Shown: piece after piece, positions 37,700 through 49,500 of the stretch
Numbering within the stretch: the first letter of the stretch is position 1
How the letters are laid out: every line of letters begins with the position of its first letter
From: Raillietiella orientalis
Taxonomy: Eukaryota
Length of the DNA: 64,000 nucleotides
NCBI GenBank assembly: GCA_036172245.1
Contig: JAYWIR010000022.1
Coordinates: 620,001 to 684,000, forward strand
Direction of reading: 5' to 3'
Program-made: the position numbers and the translations under genes
Notes under the pieces: generated by a model
What the model was told of the DNA's origin: nothing
Databases searched by the model: none
Seen by the model: only the letters and a program-made list of their open reading frames with translations

Positions 37700-39150
37700 A
37701 GAAGGGGTGAGCGAGGGTAATGCCAGAAGGCCGTACCGAGGTTGCCGACTCCCTCGAAGGTCTGTGCGGGCCGCATGACGGCCGGGGTCATCTCGGCTGC
37801 GAACCACGGGCCGTCAAGAAGAGAAGCCCGTGGTCTCCAGAGTGCCTTTCCTCCCCTCTGTTTGCCAGGAGCACCGTCTGCTCCAGAGGGAAGAAGGTCC
37901 CCCCCTTTCGGTGGCTCCGTCCTGTCAGAACAGCGGCGGAGTTCCGGATCGAGGAAGCCCCGACACCGCCGTGGACCCGGGAGCTGCTGCATTCTTCGTG
38001 AGGGATGCAGCCGCCGGGACGGGCACGCATCGACGCCGGCTCTGGAACTCCGCGGAGTTGGGAAACCGAGGGACCGCCTCCGGGGGCAGCCGAAAGGTCC
38101 GAGGTCAGGAAATCGGATCACTCGCGCCTCGCACCAGGCAAGGAGGAAAAAACTGTAGGAGAGGAGGGGGAAGGGAGGGGGAAGGAAGTTCTCCGCATCC
38201 CCAGCTTCCGCAGCCCTCCGAAACGAGGAGTTGGGCCACATTCTGGTGGGAGGCGGATACAAGTCGTCCTGGTTCGCTGGAGCCGCTTCCTGGAGGAGGT
38301 CCAGCCCGAGAGCCCGAAGCGACGAGCTCTCGGCCCACGAAGCGGACGGCGCGAGCAGCAGCGGGGGCCCCTGCCCTACCACGGATGGGAGGGGGGGGGG
38401 ATTGGAGGCTGTGCAGTTTTGTTCCAGGGAGCCAGGAGAGGGGAGAGGTGGAACTCCTTCCCTTCTGCCGGGGCGAGGAGCCGCGTCTGCAGGGATACAC
38501 CACTCCCGATCCCCGGAGGAAGCATGCGAAAGAGCGGATTCGTTCCGGGAAGCAAGTCCCGGAGGGGCAGGAGCGGAGGGGTCTGGAAAGGCGTCCGAAT
38601 CGCTCTGGGACAGGCGAACGGGAGAGCGCTCGGGAATCCTCCCGCCCTCTTCCCTCCTTCCCTCCGCTCCGCCCGCGAGGGGCTCGAGAGTCCTGAGCCT
38701 TCCCAGCGGAACGAGGGGCCTGCCGGTCGTCCCGTGAGACGCCAGCCTCCGCTTCCTCCCTTTCCTCCGCCAAACGCCTTGCCGGCCTGGCGGGAAGTCC
38801 GCTCTCTTCTCCCCTTCCTGGGGGGCCGCGAATCAATCCGAGACAGGGGTGCCGCACGGGAGGGAGGCGTTTCCTTCGCTTTCGCTCCGTGGGGCCGGTG
38901 GCCCCTCCCGCCTCCGCTCGCCGGCCTGCATCTAGCCGGTCATCGGGGGCGGGACGAGCGAAAGGTGACGCGCGAGGCCGGTTTCCGGGTGGGGGATCCC
39001 AGCGTCCCTCGCTTCGTCCGCACGAGTCGGGGGTGGGCGCGGGGCGCGCTTCTTCGGGGCGAATTTCCGGACGCGCGACTCTGCATCGAGCGTACGGGAA
39101 GGGGGGGAAGGGAAGCGCAGCCGGCCCGTGGATCTCCCCGGCACGGCACG
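37700..39150 (+). mobile_element. LINE 5' half: ORF1 knuckle region plus APE endonuclease remnant
   Basis: EVLRIPSF, RIQVVLVRWSRF (~DIxxLQET), GIGGCAVLFQG (GGVAIL), LLPFLGGRES (~GDFN). Stop codons are scarce, which creates ORF 38005..39315. Confidence 0.45.
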
Positions 39151-39181
39151 AATGTTAAGCAGTCCCCCCCGCAGGGCTGGA

Positions 39182-39640
39182 CTCCCGGTTGCGCTCCGGG
39201 TGCGCTCACGGGAAGCGTCCGCGGCAGGACACCCAGTCCTGCTGCGCCCTCCGGCAACGTGCCGAGGCGCGGCACTGGGCAGAGCTGGGTGGGACCCGGC
39301 TACGGGGAGAGGTGAGACGCTAGGCGGCAAGCGAAAAGAAAAAGGAAAAGGAAGCCCCGTGGGGCGGGGACTCGGGAAGGGACTACTGCCCGCTGGAAAG
39401 AGTCCTCTGCATCCTTTCAAGGACGCCGCTGACGCGGCCCTCAGGAGGAGCTCCGTCCAGTGGATGGCACTCCCTTTGCCCCGACCCCTCCATGCCGCTT
39501 CCAGGACCCCACGGAGACGGGCGGCCGACGGCAGTGCGTCGCTTGGGATGAGGCGTCTCGTCAGGTTCCTCCTCCAGGGACCCGAGGGCAGTCACAGAGT
39601 GTCCCCAAAGGGACAAAAGGTCATCAAGAGGAGGGTGAGG
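39182..39640 (-). mobile_element. L1/Tx1-like 3' fragment (copy H), GC-shifted
   Basis: RNLTRRLIPSDALPSAARLRGVLEAAW...SGVLERMQRTLSSGQ*; the UTR has three hairpins homologous to those of F and B. Confidence 0.75.
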
Positions 39641-39789
39641 GTGGGGTCTCCGGGATTTTCCTTCTCCTTGCACCCACTGCTCAACTCGGCTCCCCGCTCC
39701 TCCTGGTTCGGTGATGACGGCGGGAGTTGCACGGGAGATCCCCGATAGGGGTGTCGACCAGCTCCGTGATACGCAATGGAGGATGTCTC

Positions 39790-39970
39790 CCCTCAGGGGG
39801 TAGGGCGCGTCTTCATCTTCATAACAGGAGGGGAACCTCGAAGGGCTCCTTGATTCCTGAAATGACCCCGGAGCACTCCTGGCCAGTCAACCGGCTTCCA
39901 CCAGTGCCGCAACCGAGCCCTACGAGTCCAACCAGCGTTCACCTTGCGGGGAAACTCGAAACCCACAACG
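39790..39970 (-). mobile_element. 'Head'/ORF1-like repeat, copy 5 (short)
   Basis: GGGTTTCGAGTTTCCC...CAGGAATCAAGGAGCCCTTCGAGG; FRNQGALRGSPPVMKM. Confidence 0.65.
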
Positions 39971-40009
39971 CACCCTGAAGAGAACCCGGCCGTTCGATAA
40001 GGCTCGCCC

Positions 40010-40138
40010 CCCGCAAGCAGAAGGGAGGAAGGCCCTCCACTCCAGCGAGGGGCCTCTCTCCTTGATGGCCAGTGGTGCGCAGCCGAGATGATCCTGACCG
40101 GCGCGTTTCTTGCGCAGACCTTCGAGGAAGTCGGCAAC
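40010..40138 (-). repeat. Diverged inverted copy of 37741-37870 (ORF1 knuckle segment)
   Basis: Both read GTTGCCGACTyCCTCGAAGGTCTGyGC...TCATCTCGGCTGCGnACCACnGGCCrTCAAG. Confidence 0.8.
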
Positions 40139-40710
40139 GTCGATTATCTGAGAGGTGGGAAGCTGCGCGGCAGCGCTCTCCGAAGGAAACCTCGAAGGAC
40201 TGGACCCTTGCCTCCCCCCTCTCTTCACCAACCCCTCCGTGATAAAGTCGACCGATCCCGGCTGCGTCCCTTGGAGAGGGGTACTTGGCACTGCCTACGT
40301 CAGACAGTCTGAGTTTCTGGCTGCTTTGCTGCCTCCGGACGCTCCGCTCGCGTGGTCTCGGATCGCACGTCGCTCTCCAGGAGAGTCATGCACATGCGCG
40401 CGTTCCGGCGCCTGCTGCCGTCCTCAGAGGGTTTGCCCCCGTTCCCGTCCTTCCAGGGGGTGCGGCGTGGAATGGGAAAATATCCCCACCCTGCCGGAAC
40501 CCGGGAGACGATTCCTGGAGGCTTTTCCCGGGTCAGTCCGCGTTCCATCTTCTCTCGCTCGGACTCGCCGGGGGAAAAGCTCACAAATTGTGGTCGGATA
40601 CATGGTCCTAACACGCTCCATTTGCCAGTGGACCTGCCAGGTTGCCGGTGCGCAGACCAGTGAGGTTCACCTCGGCAGCAGTGAGGAGGGGAAGAAGGGA
40701 AAAGAAAAAG

Positions 40711-40790
40711 ATAAACAAATAAAAACACTCTGAAGATCTGAGAAGAGAACGCTGAAAAAATAAACAAATAAAAACACTCTGGAGATCTGA
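40711..40790 (+). repeat. Direct repeat of a 31-bp unit, period 49
   Basis: ATAAACAAATAAAAACACTCTG(A/G)AGATCTGA occurs twice. Confidence 0.9.
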
Positions 40791-40895
40791 AAAGGGAACT
40801 CTAATCTGAAAGGGAAAATACCTGTCTCCTTTCCGGGATGCCGGCTAGATGGAACCCAGGTGGGGGGCATCTGGCTGCCATCTGCAGGAAGAGGA

Positions 40896-41670
40896 TTTTT
40901 CCCCCAGTGGGTTGAGGCGTTTCGCTAATAAAAAATAAATATCCACAATCTGTGTGCTCAGAACGGTGGCCACGTCCATTTTCCAAGGAACCTGCCAGGG
41001 TTCCGGTACGCAGACCGGTGAAGGTCTCTACAACAGAAGAGCATAGGGGGCGAACAAAAGGAAACAAAGAGAAAGATAGAACTTCTGGGATTAGTTTGGT
41101 CCCTTCATGCACATCCTTTCCAGGTCCTCTGCATCCTTTCGAGGATGTTGGCAAGTTCTTGCTGAGTATTTTCCAAGTGAGGCCGTCTTGTTGCTATCTT
41201 CATAAATCGGGCGGCGAAGTGGACATGGCACTCCTGTCGTTTGGTCCTCCTTTTGCTTCTCTCCAGGTAGCTACAATCTCGCGTAGGCAGCAGAGAGCTG
41301 CTGGCGAGGCAGCCGACAGGAGGACGTCTCGTACGAAGAGGGGTCTAACAGCGTTTCTGTAGTTGCCGCTGGGGGCTCCTAGGGTCGCAGCAAGACGTTC
41401 CCAGAGGGGCCGGAGAGCGACGCTATCCACAAAAAGGTACAGGATGGACTCTAGTTCCCCTCGCCCGCGACATCCAGGCTCGCACTCTCCAGTGTCCGAT
41501 GATACCGGCAGGCGTTGCAAGGGAGGCATCAATGCAGCAGCCTCAATGCTGACTCCTTCTACTTGAATCGGAGGGTGTGGATGCCTAAGAGCACTGGGGG
41601 TCGCTGCAGATCTTACACAGAAATATCTAGTCAGACTGTCCAGCCCACGTCGCACCAACTGTCCTCATTG
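40896..41670 (-). mobile_element. L1/Tx1-like 3' fragment (copy C)
   Basis: KESALRLLH*CLPCNACRYH...LWERLAATLG...FMKIATRRPHLENTQQELANILERMQRT; UTR with GGTCTGCGTACCGG and a degenerate end AAACGCCTCAACCCACTGGGGGAAAAA. Confidence 0.85.
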
Positions 41671-41709
41671 ACGACTTTGCCCTATTCACCACCAAGCCCA
41701 TCCCGTTCT

Positions 41710-42346
41710 CTCGTGCAACGCCTGCCGGCATCACCGTACAAGGGTGTGTGTGGACCCGAACTGTGTCGGGTGCGGAGAGCGTGAATCTCTCTCCCACCTG
41801 CTAGTAAATTGTTTCCCTTGGCTCCTCTTGAAATCTTTGCCGCGGCCCTGGGAACCTTCGGCAGCAGCTCCAGGGACGCTTTGAAACCCCTCTTCGTTAG
41901 CGACTGCCTTCGGCCGACAGTCTCGCTAGCAGCCCTCTGCTGAGTACGCGGGATCGTCGCTGCCTGGAGCGACGCAAGAGGGACGCACAGAGGGAGGGAT
42001 GCCACATCCACTTTGCCTTCCGATTTCATGAGGATGGCCACAAGATGGCTCCACCTAGACAACTTATTACGGCAAGAACTCGCTGGCTTCCTGCAGAGGA
42101 TGCAAAGGACCTGCCTCAGCAGACAGTGGTCCCTTCCAGCATCCCCCAAAGTTTATTTATCTCTATTTTTGTCTCTTTTCTTTCTTTTTTTTTGTCCCCT
42201 CCCCTCTGTTGCCATGGAGGACCACGCCGGTATGCGAATCGGTGTCTCGGCAGGCTCCTGTTGAATTGTGTGTGGTTGGACCTCCAATTTTTGGAAAATG
42301 TTTATTTTTTTATTGGGATAAGCGCCCTGGCTCACCCGGGTGAGAA
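41710..42346 (+). mobile_element. L1/Tx1-like 3' fragment (copy D)
   Basis: Intact knuckle CNACRHHRTRVCVDPNCVGCGERESLSHLLVNC; FMRMATRWLHLDNLLRQELAGFLQRMQRT; ends GATAAGCGCCCTGGCTCACCCGGGTGAGAA. Confidence 0.88.
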
Positions 42347-42359
42347 TCGAGTGCTAACG

Positions 42360-42620
42360 CCGGGATGAACATGGAGAGCAGGGACCCAGAAGATCGTCGG
42401 CATGCGCTGACACGTTCCATCGCGGGGAGCCACTTCCGCGCTTCCAGTCTTCCGACCCGGAGACTTCCTGATTGATGGCCGAAAGTCGAGTGCCTCCGAG
42501 CTAATGGCCTGCTTTGTCCGCAGAACCTGGTCCTCATCAGACGTGCGATAGAAGCTCCTGGAGGATCTCGGATGACCCTCCAGGGGACACCGGTGAGCGT
42601 CCGGCGGGGGACGGAGCGCG
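42360..42620 (-). mobile_element. Possible L1/Tx1-like post-RT fragment
   Basis: DPPGASIARLMRTRFCG...HQSGSLRVGRLEARK (~PP...FxW...GGLxx). Confidence 0.3.
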
Positions 42621-42839
42621 CGCGCGCGGCCTCAGCGTCTCCATGGAATCGCAGCGGAGGTACCCCGAATCTTGTGCGCTCTTGGGGCTCCCGTTCGCGT
42701 GCCGCGCGGCCGCGTGGGCTTCGGAGAGGACTCTCCATCGGCTATCCATCTTCCCGCGACACTCCATCTGCCACGGACGCGGAGGTCGAGGCATGAAAGA
42801 CGGAAGCCGTTGCCTTTGATGTGTTCCCATCAAGCGAGA

Positions 42840-44030
42840 GGACGGTGCCGCTCCGTCAACGCGAATTCGTAGCGCGGTGAAAGCCCCGCACGCCCTCGGG
42901 CGCCTTGGCGGAGGTTCTCGTCACACCCGTGCAGGTGGGAGACGCAGCTCGGGTGCAACCGCAGTACAAGGTCGGAGGGGAGCGAAGGAGGTAGGGGGAG
43001 AAGGTCTCGTGGTGCCCATCTTAAACGCGGCCGCTGGTGATTCGCCTGCGCCTCTGAGTGCGGGTCGCGAAGTCGACGGAGGACGGCAACTGACCCCCAG
43101 AGGAGCGCAGCGTCCCGACCGCCCTCAGGAACCCTGGTTAGCTGCCGCCTTTGACGAAGAGCTGTTGATGTTATCTCCAGCATTCTTGCAGCGATAGCAA
43201 TCTCCCGACATGCCGAGAGTCCGCTGAGGCGCTGACCGGCGAGGTTCAGCCTCCCCCGGGCGTCCAGCGAGAAGCTGCTGCTGCCCCGAGAACGGCATAG
43301 CTGAAGAGCCCCCGAGCGGCAAGCAAGACTGTTCGCTCTGCTTTGGCGGTCACTTCGAAATCCTGCCCTCGGTTGCCAGGTGCCATGACCTCCCGTTTAC
43401 AGCGAGAGGGGAGGGCGGCCGTCAGCTTCCGCAAGCGCCGGATGCAGGGGGTTCTAGTGCACGTAGTCGACCTCCCGTACTCGCTGTTGTGCGGGAGGAG
43501 ATGGTGAAAAGCAGGGAAACAGCCGGAGGGTCCAGGCGAACCTCAAGGCGCCAGAAACCTACTGTGGGCGTACCTATTGGGGCGTACTGCGCCCGAGGAG
43601 CTTCCCGCTTCTATGGACGCACCGCGGGGTCAGCGGGGAGTTTCTCTCGGTTGCCTCTTGGAATCTGAGAGTCAGGCAATCGCGAGGCGGGAGGAAGGCG
43701 TCCCGGAACGTAGGGCGATGTGTAGAGCAAATGAAAGGTTTCGAGGGTAAGGAAGAGGCCGACTGTGCTCCTGTATGAAATGGAAGGGGTCAACCTCTGT
43801 TGGAGGAGGAGGGGAGGTCAGTCGATAGGGGTGCGTGGGGACTGGGGTGAACCGGTCTCACGGTGCTCACCGTGGTTCGCCAGGGTCTGCGTCGCTCAGG
43901 GGCGGTAGGGGGAAGAAGAATGTCTCTGCTCCCGAGACCGCAGTATCCCTTAGGCCACTTCTCACCCTCGCACGAAATCGATGGCGATCGGGAATGGCTC
44001 TCCAGGATGATGCCCTCACTCTCCCTCCAT
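42840..44030 (-). mobile_element. I-clade-like LINE remnant (post-RT, RNase H-like, C-terminal zinc motif)
   Basis: CGLGSRDILL...RRPW; SYRSTVGLFLTLETFHLL (~RxxxGAFxTSP); DSRHVG (~PSHVG); GHHETFSPYLLR...YCGC...HLHGC. Confidence 0.48.
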
Positions 44031-44049
44031 TCTGAGGTTGCTACATGCA

Positions 44050-44690
44050 GCGGAAGCTGGGCCTGCCGCCGCTCAGGCAAGAGGTGAACATCTATCTCAA
44101 CATCTAGACGAGACGTGCCATGGGGGTAGTTGGAGTGGTGCCCCTGCGATGCGCCTCCATCCCCGCTGCAGCCTCAGGAGCATTTCAGCAGCAAGTGAGG
44201 GATGCCTCGCTCGGGGGGCCACCTCGACGAGGTCTGATGCACCAATGGCGAGATGGTAGCATGCTGGTGTCAGCAGGGGACCCTCTTCTCTTGTGGCTTT
44301 CCCCCGAGAGTCCCTTGGAGCCCAATTCACCTCCGAGATCCCCGCGAGAGAGGTCTCTGGGCGCGGCTTGCTGCGCCACTTCTCGTGTCGTGGGGTGGGC
44401 TTCGCAGCTCCCGCGGAAAGAGAGAGCGCGCCCGAGGACAATATGTAGAGGACGAAATGCAAAGGGCACTATGCAGATGGCAAGAGACAGAGGCCTTCGC
44501 TAGCCGGCCTCCTCTTCAAAATTCATCCTGGGGGTGCACAGCTCCCCATGTATTCCCAACTCACCTCCTTCACCTTAATCCATCCCCCATCGTTGCTTGC
44601 TAAAATGTAAGGACAATTTTGTTTTTTACATCACCATGTGAAAAGTTGGTCTATTCGTTTAAACGCACTTTATTTTGTGAATAAAAAATA
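44050..44690 (+). mobile_element. Divergent LINE 3' fragment (copy K) with an AT-rich version of the 3' module
   Basis: HLRDPRERGLWARLAAPLLVSW-type C-terminus; hairpin at 44623-44644, then TAAACGCAC-TTTATTTT-GTGAATAAA. Confidence 0.45.
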
Positions 44691-44704
44691 ATAATTAGAA
44701 TAAT

Positions 44705-45842
44705 TTGACCTCAGGCCTACCTGACTCGAGATTTCATATCGTACAAGTGGCGCCACTCTGCATACTCTGCATACCTGCAACCGACAGGATTCTCTTCGCG
44801 ACTTCGGGAAAGGCTTCTCTCCCTGGTTTCCTGGCAACAGCGAGAGCATTCTGCCGCGGGCAAAACGCGGGCTCTCCCGCTGCAGGAGTGGTTGGGACCA
44901 TTCTCACGAAACCGAAATGAAGTGCCGGTGGCTTCTCGAGACTTTCGTTTGAAGAAGCCCGTGAAGGCAGTCGGGAAGCATCCTGCGAGATCGCGGTAAA
45001 AAAGAACCTGAGATGCTGGACGGCGCGTCAACTGGCTGACGCATGCACCCCCGCCGCCATCCTCAAAGGAATTCGTCTCTAGTTGCAACTTATGCACATT
45101 CCTTCTAAAGAGAAAAATACCCCCAGTGTTCATGGGCCACGTTTTCCCTGAAGTGGCAGGACTCGGCATTGCAGTTGTGGCACTGGGAAATCCCATGTAA
45201 CGCATGGGTCCACCATTGGACAGGGGGACAGCACCAGACCGAGCCAGGTGAGGGGAACGGGAAACCTTCCCGCACCTGTTGTGGGATTGTGCTAAGTGTC
45301 CGAGAATGCTTCGCTGCTACCCTCCCACTCCCGATGGACGGCAGAGGGGTGTTGCAGCGCTCCTCGCCTCTTTCGACTCGACTTCACCTGCGGCTTCCCT
45401 TGCAGCCCTGTACTGCCTTCGTGGGATCGTGACAGTGAGAAACTGTGACGAAAGAGGTCATCACAATTGTCTTCTCCTTCATGAAGAAGGAGACAAGATG
45501 ACCACACCTTTGCCAACAAAAGGAGAAAGTTGCCAACATCCTCCAGAAGATGCTGAGGACACCAAGAAGGAATCTATGATCCTTTCAGCTCCCCCCAAAC
45601 ATTTTTCAACTGAAATTTTGTGTGCATTTTTTTCTTTTCGTCTACCCCTCCCCCCACTTCTCCTGTGCTGCCTTCATCGGGGGAGCTGCTTACGAGAAGC
45701 AGCGCCTCTGGGGCATTTCCCTTTGTAGTAGGGATGTGAAGCCACTACGGAGATGGACGTTTTTATATTTTTTATGACTTTCCTTTTTTTGTAAACATTT
45801 TTTTTTAGAATCAACGCTCCTGCGTGACCGGGTGAAAATAAA
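44705..45842 (+). mobile_element. L1/Tx1-like 3' fragment (copy E)
   Basis: WTARQLADACTPAAILKG; ALQLWHWEIPCNAWVHHWT; RETFPHLLWDC; VANILQKMLRT; ends AATCAACGCTCCTGCGTGACCGGGTGAAAATAAA. Confidence 0.85.
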
Positions 45843-46559
45843 TCAAGGCAGTCTTGCAATTCCTGATCACGGGCGGAAGGGGACGAGGAGGCCTACGATC
45901 ACGCCGGGCGGGGGTCACCAGCGAGCGTTCTTCGCCGCCTGTTCGAAATGCGGCGCCGCCGCGACAGTGGTTCGCCATCCGTCCGCCACTCGGGGTCCGT
46001 GCTCTAAACTGCAGACAAAGAGAGGAGTGGGCGTGGGTCTCGACGCCGGTGCCTCCTCCGTCAGCAGCTCTTGACAGGAGCTGGAAATGTGCATGGCAGC
46101 GGCTTCCCGACTAACATCCTCCGACGCCCAGGAATCCCGGAAGACCCCGCACAGCCTCAGTGCTGACGAGAATCCAGGATTTGCAGCCCCGACCGACGCT
46201 GCGTGGAAGCGGAGGCGGAAAGATCGTGAGGTGCTCGATGGCATAACGTCCGGAAGTGAGCTCCCTGGCACGGCAGGCAGCTCCTTCGATCCGTGTGGGC
46301 GGTTTGATCGTGGTAACCTTGGAAACGAAGTTCGAAACGGTGGTTCTGGCGTTTTATTGCACGCCGATCGTTTCTGCATACCGTCTCTCCGAGGAGATGA
46401 GCTCCTCTCACTTCCCAGATGAGAACCTTTGCGGTTCCAAAGCGCGAAGAAGAGTCAGATTTTCTCCTTCCTCCTGCTGGTCCCTTGATAAGCAGTGTGT
46501 AATCACTTGATGTGCCGCTGAAGTCGCGGCCGCATCCCCTTTGGCTCTCAGCACAGAAA

Positions 46560-49500
46560 ATCCGCACCTGCTTGTCTTCTATTTCTTTGCTCGCCTTCAA
46601 AAAACACTGGATATCAACGTAATCGCGGCATTTCAGACGACGGCCACTGACCGCCGCGTCACCACAAGGCGACGGTGTACTTCCCAGGTAGCACGGCGCA
46701 TGGGCAGGAGAAGATTCTCGTCTGGAGCATGCCTGAATACATCCGCGGAAGATACCTTGCTCTCTTCTCTACGGATCTCAATGGATTTTCCCTTTCGTTT
46801 CTTCTTCGCCTCACCGGGAGCTTTCGCCTCCCCTTCCCGACCTCGTCTCAGGGGAAGAAGCAGCTGCGTGTGCAGACGTTCAGGCGAAGGCTACCCGGGC
46901 GCTCTGCTTCCGCGTCCAGAGTGCTCTTGAATCCTAGTTCCAGCATGGACCGCTGTCTTTTTTCCCTCCACAGGAAGGGACGGGGGACTGGGGACGGGGC
47001 TTCGAGGAAGGAATTGCATGCACTGCACCAAATGGCAGAAATCCCAGTCTGCTGCTGCGGTCCTCTGCAAAACCGCGCCTTGCAGGAACAGCTCCCTTGC
47101 GCGCGTCGGGAATGGTACGAAGATGTCGGATAAAAAAGAGCTAACAGAAAAGCACTCATCGAGGTGCGACTCCTTCTGCGATGTTTGGTCGCTTCTGTTG
47201 CCATCCGGTTCTGGCTGGCCCGTTAGGCGTTGGACTTGGAGGGACCAGGTGGGTGCCATCAAGTCGCTTCCCAGCGGCCTCTTATGTGGGGCGCTCTCGA
47301 AGGAGTGCCTGCAGGTGTTGGCGGAACAGAGCGCGGCGGTGCTGACAAAAGAAAGCAAAAGAGGGACAACGAGTTTCTTTCACCTTGGGGCTGCTTGGCA
47401 ACAGCGGCATTCATAGAAGCAGCCGTTTGGATCAGCGTTGCTGGAGACAGGACGGGTTCGCAAAACCGGGACTCCGCAGAGGTCCTTTCTCGGAAATTCC
47501 CGAAGGAAGGCTCCTCGAAGAATTGCAAGAAGAGAGAGCGGGCTGCCCTTCCATCTTCGGGGCCCTGCAGACTGTTTCCAAAACTCACCGGTTTCTTCAG
47601 TGCCTGTGGGTAGCTCCCTAGCCCGCACCGCTTTCCCTGAAGCGGGGGAGTAAGGTGCAGCTCAGCTAGCCGGACGCACTCAAAACCCAGCTCTCTTCTG
47701 CCCACTAGCGTCCCGGAGGCGGATGGTCGCTCCTTACTGAAGACATGGCACCTCAGTGCCCGTGCGGAGTTCGAAATTCCGTCTTGACCATCCAGGAACC
47801 CTCACGCATCAAGAAGAATCGAGCCAGACTAAAGAGATGCCTCGCCTCCACCAGCCCCTCCTCCCTGCTTCCTCCAGACGGCGTTTCTGTGATGCTCCGG
47901 CTCTGGGTCTTTTCCCAGCTTTCCAGGGCTCCCGGATCATTCCGAGCGATCCCGTTTGAAGGAACGTGGGAGAAAGTCCTGAACCTTTCGCCAATCCAGC
48001 ATCTCTTCTCAGGAAATGGAGGCCGGCAGTCTTCAGCGGTCGCCTGCCTGCAACAGCAGCAGCAAAACACTACGAGGACGGCTTCATCGTCGCTGAGACG
48101 GCAACGCTGGCTGTCGGCATCAACAAGCTGTAGCCAACGATGGTGACCGCCGTCTCCATTGCATTGAAGACCGGAGACAAGGTCCAGGGGATCGGCAACA
48201 ACTGTTCCTCGAGAGGGGAGCTTTGAATCCCTGAGGGGAACGAAGCGGCCTGTCCACCTCCACCTCTTCCCTACCCTCTGCATCCATGGGAGCTGGCCAT
48301 AGCTCTCCGCCGCCATACGGTCCATCGCGCGAACGCCGTCCTCCTACCCCGAGGGTGCCCGAGCTTTGCTCATAGAAGCGCAGGAGACCCTTCCGCGTCA
48401 GCCGGCAACAAGCAGCGCTTCAACGAGACCTTCGAGGACCTCTTCTCAAGTCATGCGGATGACCGCTCAGGGCACCGCCTGCAGGCCAACGGCTGGACAG
48501 GGGGAGCTCCCTTATTCCCCATCCGGACCATCCCGGGAATTAGGAAAGAGATGCTTTCTCTCTGGGTTCCTTCCAATTCCACGGGAAGACAGGAGGTGGC
48601 TTGAGGCACGGAGATCGAAGCGGACTTCGGCTTCCATCTCTCTATCGAGCTCATCTCAAGAACAGGCTCGAAAGGGTCTCCTGGGCTGGCCAGTTGCCAA
48701 GAAGCTGCAGGAGGGGGATGAGTGGTGGCTCTCGGATGGTACCCCATTCTATCTGCTTCCCTGCATCCTTCATCTTCTTTCGCTCGTGCAGAGGACGTGC
48801 GGCGGGTGCTTCGGGGATCCGGGAGGCGATCCTCGAGGCGGCAACAAGGGGGTTGCCAGGGACAACCCTGGAGGACACGGGTAGGAAGGTGACAGGTGAC
48901 AGGCTGCAGACGGCTGCTCCTGCGCAGGGGGAGAGTCTCTTCGCTGCAACCATCCAGACGACGATGCCGGCCTTCCGAAAGAAGTTCGGGGCCCTCCTCC
49001 TCCAGTTTACGCGTCTGGATCTCTCGACTCCTGGAGGACGCTCTTCGGGCGCGGAGGCAGCTTGGGGAGGGATAGGGGATGAGCCGTGAGGAAAGGAGAA
49101 AAGGAGGAGGAGGAAGGGTGGACGCCTCCACCACGAAGATGGGTGCGGTGCTCAGGGTCGAGAAAGGGTTCGCTAGCGCAGCATCCACAGCAGCGAGCAT
49201 CACCTCGAGGTAGTGAACGAGTCTGGTCTCTGATGTGCTCGTGGAGGATCATTCCCTTTCATCTTTCACCGTCCTTGCTTTTTTTTTCTTTTCTTTCTCT
49301 CTCTCTCTCTCCCTCTCTTCCCCCTTCCTCCTTTTCTTCCTCCTCCTCCCCCGCGTCGCGGCTTCTACGAGCTGGCGATGTGGAACTGAATAAATGATGA
49401 ATTGGCCCGAGCCCGTCGAGCAGGGGAACTTCTTATCGCCGGATTCGAGCGATCAATTCGCGTCAAGAGAAGCGCCTCTGCCCCGCCGAGGACGCCGCCG

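Noticed and set aside
38005..39315. 436-aa ORF as a host gene (likewise 51535..52767, 22366..23448, 36322..37353, 26924..27847, 18997..19911)
   Set aside because: Arg/Gly/Pro/Ser-biased frames running across GC-shifted TE fossils, often antisense to them or spanning two different elements.
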